Source: a bacterium
GTDB lineage: Bacteria; Arandabacterota; Arandabacteria; Arandabacterales; Arandabacteraceae
DNA: 44,333 bases
Direction of reading: 5' to 3'
Assembly: GCA_025774115.1 (NCBI GenBank)
Contig: JALGWN010000001.1
Span: 1 to 44,333 of the forward strand
Below the pieces are notes generated by a model. The model was given only the letters and a program-made list of their open reading frames with translations. It was not told the origin of the DNA and did not search any database. Below, in pieces: positions 1 through 9,008 of the stretch (position 1 is the first letter of the stretch; the number at the start of each line of letters is the position of its first letter). Both the position numbers and the translations under genes were made by a program.

Positions 1-335
1 CCCGAGATCTCCGCAGTTTCCACCGATCGACCACTGCCCAGCTTCGCTCCCGGCAGCGCCACTGCATACATTTGTCCTTCTTCCACATTGGGGGCGCCGC
101 AGACCGATTTCAGGGTGGCATAGCCGACGTTCACGTCCACAACCTTGAGATGGCTATCCCCGGGATGCGGATCCACCTTGATTGCCCGGCCCGCAACGAA
201 ATTCTCCAGGCATTCCCACTCGTTGGGTATTATCCGGGCATCGGCAAAACCCAGCATGATGAGATAGCCGCAGACTTCCTCAGGGGAGACGTCCATCTTC
301 ACAAAGTCCTGCAGCCATCCGAACGGAACTCTCAA
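1..335 (-). CDS. pheT: Phenylalanine--tRNA ligase beta subunit, N-terminal fragment (gene continues past the window start)
   Basis: Not in the ORF track because it is open at the window edge. Hand translation of the minus strand from TTG at 335..333 gives (M)RVPFGWLQDFVKMDVSPEEVCGYLIMLGFADARIIPNEWECLENFVAGRAIKVDPHPGDSHLKVVDVNVGYATLKSVCGAPNVEEGQMYAVALPGAKLGSG. This is a typical PheT N-terminus plus tRNA-binding OB domain. GGAGG lies at 342..338. The start is 11 nt downstream of the pheS stop, the usual pheST arrangement. Confidence 0.8.
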   Translation of the reverse strand, partial: MRVPFGWLQDFVKMDVSPEEVCGYLIMLGFADARIIPNEWECLENFVAGRAIKVDPHPGDSHLKVVDVNVGYATLKSVCGAPNVEEGQMYAVALPGAKLGSGRSVETAEIS

Positions 336-346
336 TTCCTCCCCCC

Positions 347-1372
347 CTAAAACTGTTTCAAAAATCTCGAATCGTTTTCATACAGAAGGCGAATGTCTCC
401 GATACCGTGTTTAAGCATGGTCAGCCGTTCAACTCCCATGCCGAATGCGAACCCCGTCACCTTGCGTTCGTCATATCCAACCTGTCTGAACACATTGGGG
501 TGAACCATGCCCGCTCCGAGGACCTCGAGCCATCCCGTGCGTTTGCAAAGCCTACACCCCTTCCCACCACAGACCAGGCACGATATGTCCAGTTCGGCGC
601 TGGGCTCTGTGAAAGGGAAGTAGTGGGGTCGAAATCTTACACGTGTTTCCTCGCCGAAGACCTCTCGTGCAAAAGCCGCGAGAGTACCTTTGAGGTGGGC
701 AAGACTGACGTCATAGTCCACATAGAGTCCTTCAATCTGATAGAAGCTCATCAGATGGGATGCATCCGGAGTGTCCCTGCGGTGGCATAGGCCCGGCACA
801 ACGACCCTCACCGGAGGGGGCTGTGACTTCATCACCCTGATCTGAGCAGGCGATGTGTGGGTCCTCAGGCAAAAACCACCGTCAACATAGAATGAGTCAT
901 GCTCATCCCGGGACGGATGGCCGGGTGGAAAATTCAGGGCATCGAAGTTGTTATATTCGGTCTCGATCTCCGGTCCTTCTACCGGTGTGAAACCCATGCC
1001 CACGAAGATTTGGAGAATCTCATCCATGACCCGGAGAACAGGATTCAGCTTCCCTATCGAGAAGATCCTGCCGGGCAGGGTGACGTCTATCGACCCGGCC
1101 GACAGGTCTGAGGCGTATTTTCGCTCTCTTAACTCCTGCTTCCGGGATTCCAGAAGCGAGGCAATCGCATCCCTGGCTTCATTGAGGAGCTTCCCCGCGG
1201 ACTTTCTTGCTTCAGGGTCGACCTGACCGAGTTTCCTCAGAAGAAGAGTCAAGGCCCCCTTCCTACCCAGATACCTGATCCTGATAGAGTCCAGATCCTC
1301 GAGGCTCTCACAAGAAGCGATTTCAGCGCACGCATGCTCCTTCGCCCCGGCAGCATCATCATGCAGATCCAT
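347..1372 (-). CDS. pheS: Phenylalanine--tRNA ligase alpha subunit
   Basis: 341-aa ORF with the PheS N-terminal coiled coil ([13 protein letters not shown]) and class II core motifs ([36 protein letters not shown]). Confidence 0.95.
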   Translation of the reverse strand: MDLHDDAAGAKEHACAEIASCESLEDLDSIRIRYLGRKGALTLLLRKLGQVDPEARKSAGKLLNEARDAIASLLESRKQELRERKYASDLSAGSIDVTLPGRIFSIGKLNPVLRVMDEILQIFVGMGFTPVEGPEIETEYNNFDALNFPPGHPSRDEHDSFYVDGGFCLRTHTSPAQIRVMKSQPPPVRVVVPGLCHRRDTPDASHLMSFYQIEGLYVDYDVSLAHLKGTLAAFAREVFGEETRVRFRPHYFPFTEPSAELDISCLVCGGKGCRLCKRTGWLEVLGAGMVHPNVFRQVGYDERKVTGFAFGMGVERLTMLKHGIGDIRLLYENDSRFLKQF

Positions 1373-1733
1373 AAGCCTTCTCCAGGGCCTCTCTGGCCTT
1401 GCCTACAATCTCCCTGAAGGCTTCCTCATCGTTGACGGCCAGATCGGCCAGCATCCTTCTGTCTATCTCTATCCCTGCCTTATGGATCCCATCCATCAGC
1501 CTGCCGTATCCGATATCGTTCAGTCTGGCCGCCGCGTTTATCCGCACGATCCAGAGAGACCTCATGTCCCGCTTCTTGACTCTCCTGTCACGATAAGCAT
1601 AGGCAAGTGAGCGCCTTACACTTTCCAGCGCCGTGCGGTAAAGGCGGTGCTTGGACCCCACATACCCTTTTGCCGCTTTCAGTATTTTCTTCCTGCGTTT
1701 CCTGGACTCGACCGATTTCTTAGTCCTTGCCAT
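1359..1733 (-). CDS. rplT: 50S ribosomal protein L20
   Basis: 124 aa. [35 protein letters not shown]...[23 protein letters not shown] is the canonical L20 sequence. Confidence 0.95.
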   Translation of the reverse strand: MARTKKSVESRKRRKKILKAAKGYVGSKHRLYRTALESVRRSLAYAYRDRRVKKRDMRSLWIVRINAAARLNDIGYGRLMDGIHKAGIEIDRRMLADLAVNDEEAFREIVGKAREALEKAYGSA

Positions 1734-2322
1734 CTCCCCCCTCCGTCACTTGCTCCGGCTCATGGGTTTCGCTCTTATCAGCGTCCTTCTTGATTACCTG
1801 TCTGGGACATAGAATCATGATCATACTCATCCGTTCCCTCTTGGGGGCGGATTCCACGTTGGCTATGTCCGAAAGTTCCTCCGCCGCCCTCTTCAGAATC
1901 CTCAAACCTATATCGGGATGTGTAACCTCCCGTCCCCTGAAAAGCAAGGAAAACTTGACCTTGTTACTCTGTTCCAAAAAGCGCCGGGCATGGTTCATCT
2001 TGAAGTCATAGTCGTGAGGTTCTATCTTGGGCCGCATCTTGACTTCTTTGATATGCATGATGTGCTGTTTCTTCTTGGCCCGCTTAGCCTTCTTGCTCTG
2101 TTCGTACTTGTACTTGCCGTAATCCATTATCCGGCAGACCGGGGGTTTAGCGTTGGGGGAGACCTCCACCAGATCGAACCCCTTCTCCCTCGCGATTTCC
2201 AGAGCCTCCCTGGTGCCGGTTATACCTACCATGCCGCCGTCCTCATCTACAAGCCGCACCTGGGCTACTCTAATCCTGTCATTGACCCTTACAGTCTTTG
2301 CTCCCTTTGCGATCTTACCCAC
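1720..2322 (-). CDS. infC: Translation initiation factor IF-3 (start codon uncertain, see findings)
   Basis: [23 protein letters not shown]...[39 protein letters not shown]...[17 protein letters not shown] matches the IF3 N- and C-domains. The gene sits between thrS and rplT as in most bacteria. Confidence 0.9.
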   Translation of the reverse strand: MGKIAKGAKTVRVNDRIRVAQVRLVDEDGGMVGITGTREALEIAREKGFDLVEVSPNAKPPVCRIMDYGKYKYEQSKKAKRAKKKQHIMHIKEVKMRPKIEPHDYDFKMNHARRFLEQSNKVKFSLLFRGREVTHPDIGLRILKRAAEELSDIANVESAPKRERMSMIMILCPRQVIKKDADKSETHEPEQVTEGGDGKD

Positions 2323-2325
2323 CTC

Positions 2326-4260
2326 CTAAGAATCGGGAAGTCTCTTCGATATCTCATCCTTCAGCCCGCCAATGAATTCCTTGATCGGGACCACACCCTG
2401 ATCACCTTCCTTGCGTTTCCTCACGGAGACACTCGAGCTCCCCTCCTCCTTGTCTCCAAGTACCAGGATGTATGGTATCTTTTCCATCGTCTTGGCTCTG
2501 ATGCGGTAACCCAACTTTTGCTGGGACCCCACCACCTCCGCTCGAATACCGCCGGAACGGAGATCTTCCAGCACGCCGTCGGCATAGGCCTGGTTTCTTT
2601 CCAGAACAGGAAGCACAGAGACCTGTACGGGTGCCAGCCAGACCGGAAAAGCGCCTCCGTAATGCTCGATCAGCGTTCCCATGAAGCGCTCCATCGCTCC
2701 CAGCACCGTCCGGTGGATCATCACAACATGATGGTGCTGCCCATCCTGACCTACATACTCCACTCCCAGCCTGCCCGGGAGATTAAAATCGAACTGGATG
2801 GTCGGACCCTGCCATGCCCTACCAAGGGCATCCAACAGCTTTATGTCTATCTTGGGGCCATAGAAGACCGCCTCACCCACCCTGCGGCAGAAAGGTATTT
2901 CCATACGGCCCAGGGCCTCGGCAAGCGATTCCTCGGCCTGCGTCCAGTCCTCGTCGGACCCCGCGTAGTCCTGGGGGATCTTAGGGTCCCGGACACTTAA
3001 GTCCACCTCATAGGAGGCGAACCCGAAACTTGTCAGCATGTATATGGCAAGATCCACAACCCCCACTATCTCATCCACAATCTGTTCCCTGGTACAGAAT
3101 ATATGAGCATCATCCTGGGTGAATCCCCTCACCCGCATCAGGCCGTGCAGCGTTCCGGACCGTTCTCGTCGGTAGACCGTGCCGAGCTCCGCCATCCTCA
3201 AGGGGAGATCCCGATAACTTCGTTTCCGGGACTTGTAGATGAGTATGTGCCCCACGCAGTTCATCGGCTTAAGCACATACTCCTCGTTGTCAACATCGAA
3301 CACGTACATGTTTTCCTTGTAGTAGTCGAAATGCCCCGAGGCCTTCCACAAACCCGCCCGTGCGATGTGGGGCGTATAGACCAGGCCGTAGCCCCGTTTC
3401 TCGTGTTCCTGCCTCCAGAAATCCTCAATGATCCTCCTGACGGTGGCTCCCTTCGGGTGCCAATAGGCCAAGCCCGCACCGGCTTCCTCATGAATCGAAA
3501 AGAGATCCAGATCGATCCCCAGTCTCCGGTGATCGCGCTTCTTGGCCTCTTCGATCCTCTCCAGATAGGCGCCCATCTGCTCGTCGGTCTGGAAAGCCGT
3601 GCCGTATACCCGCTGCAGCATCGGCCGTGACTCATCGCCGCGCCAGTAAGCACCCGCAAGCCCTGTCAGCTTAAACGACTTCAGAAAGCCGGTGGAAGGC
3701 AGGTGGGGACCCCGGCAGAGGTCCACGAAATCCCCCTCACGGTAAGCCGAGACAACAGGGTCTCCCATATCCTCCAGGAGCTCCACCTTGTACGGCTCCC
3801 CCAGCTCGGTGAAAAGACCGATCGCTTCCTCACGGTTCATCTCCACCCTCTCCAATGGTGTGTCGGAGCGGATTATATTCTCCATCTCCTTCTCGATCCT
3901 GGGGAGATCCTCCTCGGTGAGCTTTCCGCCAATATCGAAATCGTAGTAGAACCCGTCTTCTATGGCCGGCCCGATGCCGAACTTGGCCTCCGGGAAGAGG
4001 TGCTTTACAGCATGAGCCATGACATGAGCGGCAGTGTGCCTGTATACCTCCCGCCCTTCAGCCGAGTCAAAGGTTAGAAGCTCCACTTCGGTGTCCCCGT
4101 CCAGCACGGTCGCCAGACCGATGACATCCGTTCCCAAACGCGCCGCGATGATCAGTTGCTTTTTCTGTTTCCCTATCGACTCGGCAGCTTCGGACAGGCT
4201 GTTCCCCGCCTTGATATCGGCGACCAGACCCCGCCGATCCGGTTTGCTGTTTTCAGCCAT
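2326..4260 (-). CDS. thrS: Threonine--tRNA ligase
   Basis: 644 aa with a TGS domain, the second additional/editing domain (HTAAHVMAHAVK), a class II core (HRRLG, FTQDDAHIF, GPTIQFDF) and an anticodon-binding domain. Confidence 0.95.
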   Translation of the reverse strand: MAENSKPDRRGLVADIKAGNSLSEAAESIGKQKKQLIIAARLGTDVIGLATVLDGDTEVELLTFDSAEGREVYRHTAAHVMAHAVKHLFPEAKFGIGPAIEDGFYYDFDIGGKLTEEDLPRIEKEMENIIRSDTPLERVEMNREEAIGLFTELGEPYKVELLEDMGDPVVSAYREGDFVDLCRGPHLPSTGFLKSFKLTGLAGAYWRGDESRPMLQRVYGTAFQTDEQMGAYLERIEEAKKRDHRRLGIDLDLFSIHEEAGAGLAYWHPKGATVRRIIEDFWRQEHEKRGYGLVYTPHIARAGLWKASGHFDYYKENMYVFDVDNEEYVLKPMNCVGHILIYKSRKRSYRDLPLRMAELGTVYRRERSGTLHGLMRVRGFTQDDAHIFCTREQIVDEIVGVVDLAIYMLTSFGFASYEVDLSVRDPKIPQDYAGSDEDWTQAEESLAEALGRMEIPFCRRVGEAVFYGPKIDIKLLDALGRAWQGPTIQFDFNLPGRLGVEYVGQDGQHHHVVMIHRTVLGAMERFMGTLIEHYGGAFPVWLAPVQVSVLPVLERNQAYADGVLEDLRSGGIRAEVVGSQQKLGYRIRAKTMEKIPYILVLGDKEEGSSSVSVRKRKEGDQGVVPIKEFIGGLKDEISKRLPDS

Positions 4261-4483
4261 CTTCCGTTATTCCGCCCACTGCAGTCACCCCTATTCGGGC
4301 TCACTAAGATGAATATGGAACACCCCACGGGCAAACCCGTGGTAGGTACATTTAACCGCCTTCACCAGGGCTTCGGCGGACTATCCGCTTCAGGGCGTAC
4401 CCATCGAGCGACATCCGCTGAAGCACCTGCTTACGCATTCAACTATGGGTAGACCCGCGGTCTTCTGCGCAGACGGATAAATA

Positions 4484-4560
4484 TGGTGGGCGATACTGGA
4501 CTTGAACCAGTGACTTCCTGCTTGTCGAGCAGGCACTCTCACCATCTGAGCTAATCGCCC
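4484..4560 (-). tRNA. tRNA-Val (anticodon GAC), CCA encoded
   Basis: The reverse complement reads GGGCGATTAGCTCAGATGGTGAGAGTGCCTGCTCGACAAGCAGGAAGTCACTGGTTCAAGTCCAGTATCGCCCACCA. The acceptor stem is GGGCGAT/ATCGCCC. The anticodon stem is CCTGC/GCAGG with loop TCGACAA (GAC). The T-loop is GGTTCAAGTCC. Confidence 0.9.
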
Positions 4561-4653
4561 ACACACCTAACTTATGACTGTTCAACCAATTATACCTTCT
4601 GCTTCAATCATTACAATAGGGGATCCCGGGTGTCAAGTGAAATCTCCCCACTC

Positions 4654-6789
4654 TCAAGACCCGGCCTTCGTATCCTCTTCGTCTTCCCCCTTAGGCTCCG
4701 GTTCGGCCGTATCTTCGGTATCCGACCCGGCTTCTTCCCGTGGTTCGGGCTCCTCACAATCAGCAGATGGCTCTCCGGCCGCAGGCTCCGGTTCGGCCGT
4801 ATCTTTGGTATCCGACCCGGCTTCTTCCCGTGGTTCGGGCTCCTCATAATCAGCAGGTGGCTCTCCGGCCACAGGCTCCGCTTCAGGCTCGGGCTCTCCG
4901 GCCGCGTCGGCTTCGGCTTCACCACCGCTCTCGGTCTCCGGAACAGCCTCTTCGGGCTCTTGCCCAGCCTCCGGAGCATCACTCTCGGCGGCCGGTGCCT
5001 CTCCGGGAGTCTGCTCCTTGGCTGCCACAACCTCCCCCACAGTGGTCTTACGAGGGCCGTACTTCCTCATGTACTCTTCGACTTCCTCTTTATCCTGATC
5101 GGCCAGGTATTCCTTGACGCTAAGCAGGATCTTGCGGGCATCGGGATCGATACGTATCACCTTCAGAGGAATCTCGTCGCCCACCTCAAAGATATCCGAG
5201 GGTTTCTTTATGTTGTCGCGGCCCAGATGCGCGAGAGGCACAAATCCCTCAACGTCCTCCTCCAGCTCCACTACCACACCCCGATCCTGGATCTTCGTGA
5301 TCTTACCCTTGGTCAGGGCCGCCATCCCGTACCTCTCGAGTAGCCGCTCCCAGGGGTTCTCATCGATCTGCTTGAGTCCGAGTGAGATTTTCCTGGCTTC
5401 CTTGTCCACATTGAGGACCATAACGTCGATTTTGTCGCTTTTCCTGAGTATCTCACTGGGATGCCTGATGCGCTTGGTCCAGGACATATCGGATATGTGT
5501 ACGAGGCCCTCGATTCCCTCTTCGATCTCCACAAAGGCACCGAAGTTGGTCAGATTCCTGACTTTGCCGACGATCCTGCTTCCGACCGGGTGCCGCTGTT
5601 CGAGCGTCTCCCAGGGATCGGGCTCTACCTGCTTAAGACCCAGGGAGATCTTCTCATGCTCCTTGTCGATCTTGAGTACCACAGCCTCGATGATATCGCC
5701 TATTGCAACGAACTTGGAGGGGTGCTTAACGTGCTTCGTCCAGGACATTTCGGACTTGTGCACCAGACCCTCGACGCCTTTCTCAAGCTCGACGAAAGCA
5801 CCGTAGTCGGTGATGCTGACCACCTTACCCCTGACCTTGGAGTCCACCGGATACTTCTCTTCGATACCCTCCCACGGATAAGGTGTAAGCTGCTTCAAGC
5901 CCAGGGATATACGTTCCCTCTCCAAATCGAAATCGAGCACCATGACTTTGACGGTATCCCCGATCGCAACCATCTCCGATGGATGGCTGACCCGGCCCCA
6001 TGCAAGGTCGGTGATGTGCAGCAACCCATCGATGCCACCCAGGTCTATGAAAGCACCGAAGTCGGTGATGTTCTTTACCGCACCTTCCCTGATCTGACCC
6101 TTTTCCAGCTCGGCGAGGAGCGCATTCTTCTGTTTCTCCCGTTCCTCCTCCAGGACCATTCTGCGGGAGACCACCACATTCCGTCTTCGCTTATTGAGCT
6201 TGATGACCTTGACCCGCACGGCCTGGCCGATGAGGTCCCTGAGGTTCTGGATATGCCTTATTCCGACCTGAGAACCGGGGAGAAAGGCCTCCACCCCGAA
6301 AAGATCCACCACCGCACCACCCTGGATGCGCTTGAGCAGTTTACCCTCCACGACCTTCTGATTGTCGTAAGCATCCTTGATGGTCCCCCAGACCCGGAGG
6401 AAGTCCGCCCTCTGCTTGGACAGAACCACCAGACCGTCCTGATTCTCCATTTTCTCCAGATAAACGTCTATATCTTCTCCAACTCTGACAGTGGGACTCT
6501 CACCAAACTCATTGAGAGGTATGATCCCCTCAGATTTGAATCCCACATCAACAAGCACCTCGCTCTCGGAAACCTTTACAACACGGCCCTTGACAATTTC
6601 CCCCTCGCGGATTTCCCTGAAGGATTCCTCATACATCTCAAGGATCTCCCTAGGTATTTCCGGAGCGTCTTCGTCATCATCGAAAACGCGCTTGAGATGA
6701 GCGAGATTGGTGTCTTGCCCCCTTTCTTCAACAGGTTCCGTCCCCTCCGGGGACGCGCTTTCCCTAATAGGCTCTTCACTACCTGTCAT
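4654..6789 (-). CDS. rpsA: 30S ribosomal protein S1 with acidic N- and C-terminal extensions
   Basis: 711 aa with six recognisable S1 (OB) repeats (e.g. GEIVKGRVVKVSESEVLVDVGFKSEGIIP, GAVKNITDFGAFIDLGGIDGLLHITD, GKVVSITDYGAFVELEKGVEGLVHKSE). The C-terminal ~120 aa are an E/P/A/D-rich low-complexity tail. Confidence 0.93.
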   Translation of the reverse strand: MTGSEEPIRESASPEGTEPVEERGQDTNLAHLKRVFDDDEDAPEIPREILEMYEESFREIREGEIVKGRVVKVSESEVLVDVGFKSEGIIPLNEFGESPTVRVGEDIDVYLEKMENQDGLVVLSKQRADFLRVWGTIKDAYDNQKVVEGKLLKRIQGGAVVDLFGVEAFLPGSQVGIRHIQNLRDLIGQAVRVKVIKLNKRRRNVVVSRRMVLEEEREKQKNALLAELEKGQIREGAVKNITDFGAFIDLGGIDGLLHITDLAWGRVSHPSEMVAIGDTVKVMVLDFDLERERISLGLKQLTPYPWEGIEEKYPVDSKVRGKVVSITDYGAFVELEKGVEGLVHKSEMSWTKHVKHPSKFVAIGDIIEAVVLKIDKEHEKISLGLKQVEPDPWETLEQRHPVGSRIVGKVRNLTNFGAFVEIEEGIEGLVHISDMSWTKRIRHPSEILRKSDKIDVMVLNVDKEARKISLGLKQIDENPWERLLERYGMAALTKGKITKIQDRGVVVELEEDVEGFVPLAHLGRDNIKKPSDIFEVGDEIPLKVIRIDPDARKILLSVKEYLADQDKEEVEEYMRKYGPRKTTVGEVVAAKEQTPGEAPAAESDAPEAGQEPEEAVPETESGGEAEADAAGEPEPEAEPVAGEPPADYEEPEPREEAGSDTKDTAEPEPAAGEPSADCEEPEPREEAGSDTEDTAEPEPKGEDEEDTKAGS
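4694..4873. repeat. Tandem 90-bp (30-codon) direct repeat, two full copies plus a decayed third, inside the rpsA 3' end
   Basis: Copy 1 (4694..4783) and copy 2 (4784..4873) differ at 4 of 90 positions by my count. A third unit starts at 4874 (ggctccgcttcagg...) and diverges quickly. The repeat encodes AGEPxADxEEPEPREEAGSDTxDTAEPEP. Confidence 0.9.
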
Positions 6790-6845
6790 TCTGCTGATTC
6801 TCCTCCCTTTTATAGATTTAGCCCCGAGGGCTATAAAAGCCTTCC

Positions 6846-7700
6846 TTAAAACTCCTTGAGCGTGTCGACAATGTTCTCAACAAGCCACTTGGGTGTCGAT
6901 GCACCCGCCACTACTCCAACGGTCGAACCCTTCCCAAACCATCGCCCCTCCATCTCATCCGAAGTCTCCACGTGGTAGGTCTTGGGACAAATGGAACGGC
7001 AGAGGCTCTTGAGGCGAGAGGTGTTAGCACTGTTCCTGCCTCCGACTACAAGCAGAACATCGACCCGACCGGCGAGCACACTGGCTCTTTCCTGACGTCT
7101 GGCCGTCTCGCTGCAAATGGTATTAAATACCAACACCTCCCTCGCACGTTTGGATATCTCGCCGACCACGCCCGCAAACATATCTCCGGGTATAGTCGTC
7201 TGGGCTATAATACCTACTTTCAAACCAAACTTCAAATGTTTTACTTGGTCGGCACTCTCAACCACGACAGCCTTGTTACCCACATGGCTTCTTATACCTT
7301 TCACTTCCGGATGGGTCTTCTCACCGACTATCACCACTCTGTAACCCCGGCGGTGAAGTCGCTGCGCGTTTCTCTGGGCTTTCCGTACGAAAGGACACGT
7401 GGCATCGATTATCTTGTACCCCTTATCCCCGGCCCGCTTCAAGACCGCGGGGCTCGCCCCGTGCGAGCGCACCACAATCTCCCCTCCACCCTTGCCAAAA
7501 CGGTCGAGCGGAGTTATCCCCACCTCACGAAGCCTCTCCACAACTTGAGGGTTATGGATCAATGGCCCCAGGCTATACACCCCGCTTGAGGAGCGCCCTG
7601 CAGCGGCAAGGGCTATCTTGATGGCCCGTTTAACACCGGAGCAAAAGCCTACTCCTTCACTCACTATGATCTTGAGGTTCTTGCCTTGCTTCTTGCGCAA
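6846..7700 (-). CDS. ispH: 4-hydroxy-3-methylbut-2-enyl diphosphate reductase
   Basis: 284 aa with GFCSGVKRAI near the N-terminus, IHNPQVV, ATCPFV and a QTT...NTIC layout typical of IspH/LytB. TTG start at 7700 overlaps the plsC end by 44 nt, so the exact start is uncertain. Confidence 0.9.
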   Translation of the reverse strand: MRKKQGKNLKIIVSEGVGFCSGVKRAIKIALAAAGRSSSGVYSLGPLIHNPQVVERLREVGITPLDRFGKGGGEIVVRSHGASPAVLKRAGDKGYKIIDATCPFVRKAQRNAQRLHRRGYRVVIVGEKTHPEVKGIRSHVGNKAVVVESADQVKHLKFGLKVGIIAQTTIPGDMFAGVVGEISKRAREVLVFNTICSETARRQERASVLAGRVDVLLVVGGRNSANTSRLKSLCRSICPKTYHVETSDEMEGRWFGKGSTVGVVAGASTPKWLVENIVDTLKEF

Positions 7701-8295
7701 GATCCGCGATCCTCCTCATTACTTCCTGCGTTATCGCGCCATAGTCCTCTTTCCCAAGGCCCCCACGCCCCACCCTCCCGGGGGGCACGATGGGCTCTCC
7801 GAAAATCACTTCCAGCCTGGATTTTCGCAGGAGAACATCCCTGAGACGATTAGTACCCTTTATATAGGCCGGCACCACCGGTGAGGAGGTTAGCGCCGCG
7901 ATCATCCCGACACCGGGCTTGGGTTTCAAGAGTTTTCCGGTGAGGCTCCTGGTTCCTTCCGGAAACATGAGCACGGCCCTGCCCTGTTTCAGGAGACCTA
8001 CAACCTTCTTGAGGGCGCCTACGTCGCCAACCGACCTTCTCAGCGGAATTGCGTTATATTTGCTTATGAGCCAGCCGAACATCTTGTTCCGGAAGAGCTC
8101 CTCCTTGGCAAGAAAATAAACTTCACGCGGCACACCGCTTCCGACCACCGGCGGATCGTAATACGATACATGATTGGATGCGATTATCACAGCTCCTGCC
8201 TTGGGAATTCTCTCTCTGCCTGTCACCAGAAACCCGAAAAGGACCCGCTCCACCAGGTTCAGAAACATCCAGGACAACCTGTAGTGGATTCTCAA
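7657..8295 (-). CDS. plsC: 1-acyl-sn-glycerol-3-phosphate acyltransferase
   Basis: 212 aa with the HxxxxD acyltransferase motif (NHVSYYD), the FPEGTRS motif and an N-terminal hydrophobic segment. Confidence 0.85.
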   Translation of the reverse strand: MRIHYRLSWMFLNLVERVLFGFLVTGRERIPKAGAVIIASNHVSYYDPPVVGSGVPREVYFLAKEELFRNKMFGWLISKYNAIPLRRSVGDVGALKKVVGLLKQGRAVLMFPEGTRSLTGKLLKPKPGVGMIAALTSSPVVPAYIKGTNRLRDVLLRKSRLEVIFGEPIVPPGRVGRGGLGKEDYGAITQEVMRRIADLAQEARQEPQDHSE

Positions 8296-9008
8296 GTCCT
8301 CGCCCCCGTCTTCTTCCTGACCTCGTCGAGGACCCCGGTCACCTGTTCTTCGATCGTGAGATCGGTGGTATCTATGACCACAGCTCCCTCGGGGACGACC
8401 AGCGGGCTGTGCTCTCTTGATGAATCGAATACATCCCGCGCCCGGATATCGTTCCTTACCCTATCCAGGTCCACCGGCATCCCGGCGGCCTCGAGCTCCT
8501 TCTTGCGCCTCTCGGCCCGGCAGCCCAGGCCGGCCTCCAGATAGACCTTCACGTCGGCGTCGGGAAATACGACCGATCCCATGTCCCTTCCCTCCGCGAC
8601 GATGCCGCCGGCGGCACCGACACGCCGCTGCAGCTCCACCATCCTCTCCCTCACCGCCTTGACTGCGGATACAGGCGAAGACGCCCTGGTCACGTCCGCA
8701 CCCCGCAGTCGATCGGTCACGTCTTCCCCGTCTGTAAACACCCTGGTCCCATCGGGGTGGGTCTCGACGGTGATGTCGGTCCGTCGTGCCATCTCGGCAA
8801 GAAGATGCTCATTCCCGGGATCGATACCGTTTCTAAGGGCCTTGACCGTCATCGCTCTATACATGGCTCCGGTATCAAGATAGGTGTAACCCAGCCGGGC
8901 GGCCACAAACCTTGCAGTTGTACTCTTACCGGACCCCGCAGGGCCGTCTATGGTAACAACCAGCTTCTTCAAATCAACGTTTCCTTTTTGATAAATATGC
9001 TTGTTCAA
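8292..9008 (-). CDS. cmk: Cytidylate kinase
   Basis: 238 aa. P-loop IDGPAGSGKST followed by LDTGAMYRA, typical of Cmk. Sits in the cmk...rpsA neighbourhood. Confidence 0.93.
   Translation of the reverse strand: MNKHIYQKGNVDLKKLVVTIDGPAGSGKSTTARFVAARLGYTYLDTGAMYRAMTVKALRNGIDPGNEHLLAEMARRTDITVETHPDGTRVFTDGEDVTDRLRGADVTRASSPVSAVKAVRERMVELQRRVGAAGGIVAEGRDMGSVVFPDADVKVYLEAGLGCRAERRKKELEAAGMPVDLDRVRNDIRARDVFDSSREHSPLVVPEGAVVIDTTDLTIEEQVTGVLDEVRKKTGART

Noticed and set aside
1918-3000. Long plus-strand ORF (360 aa). Similar long ORFs occur at 5461..6849 (+), 9599..10456 (+), 16772..17737 (+), 20833..21510 (+), 25043..25843 (-), 31596..32714 (+), 41002..42042 (-) and 43171..43971 (-).
   Set aside because: Each lies antisense to, or out of frame with, a gene carrying unmistakable family motifs (thrS, rpsA, scpB, GT4, ogt, GT2, AldDH, malQ, DUF362). 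Their translations are Arg/Pro/Ser/Gly-rich with no motifs. Such shadow ORFs are expected in GC-rich DNA.
4261-4483. 223-nt thrS leader with several hairpins (e.g. CCACGGGcaaaCCCGTGG at 4325..4342 and GCTTCAG...CTGAAGC at 4387..4425), considered as a T-box or tRNA-mimic operator.
   Set aside because: There is no T-box consensus (GGGTGGTACCGCG-type), no specifier-loop layout, and no anticodon-like CGU/UGU loop that I could place. The region may still be regulatory, but I cannot support a call.
4574-5343. ORFs with internally repeated peptides (4574..4849 +, 4630..5343 +, 4611..5030 -).
   Set aside because: These are alternative-frame or antisense readings of the 90-bp tandem repeat inside the rpsA tail. 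The repeat is explained by rpsA itself.
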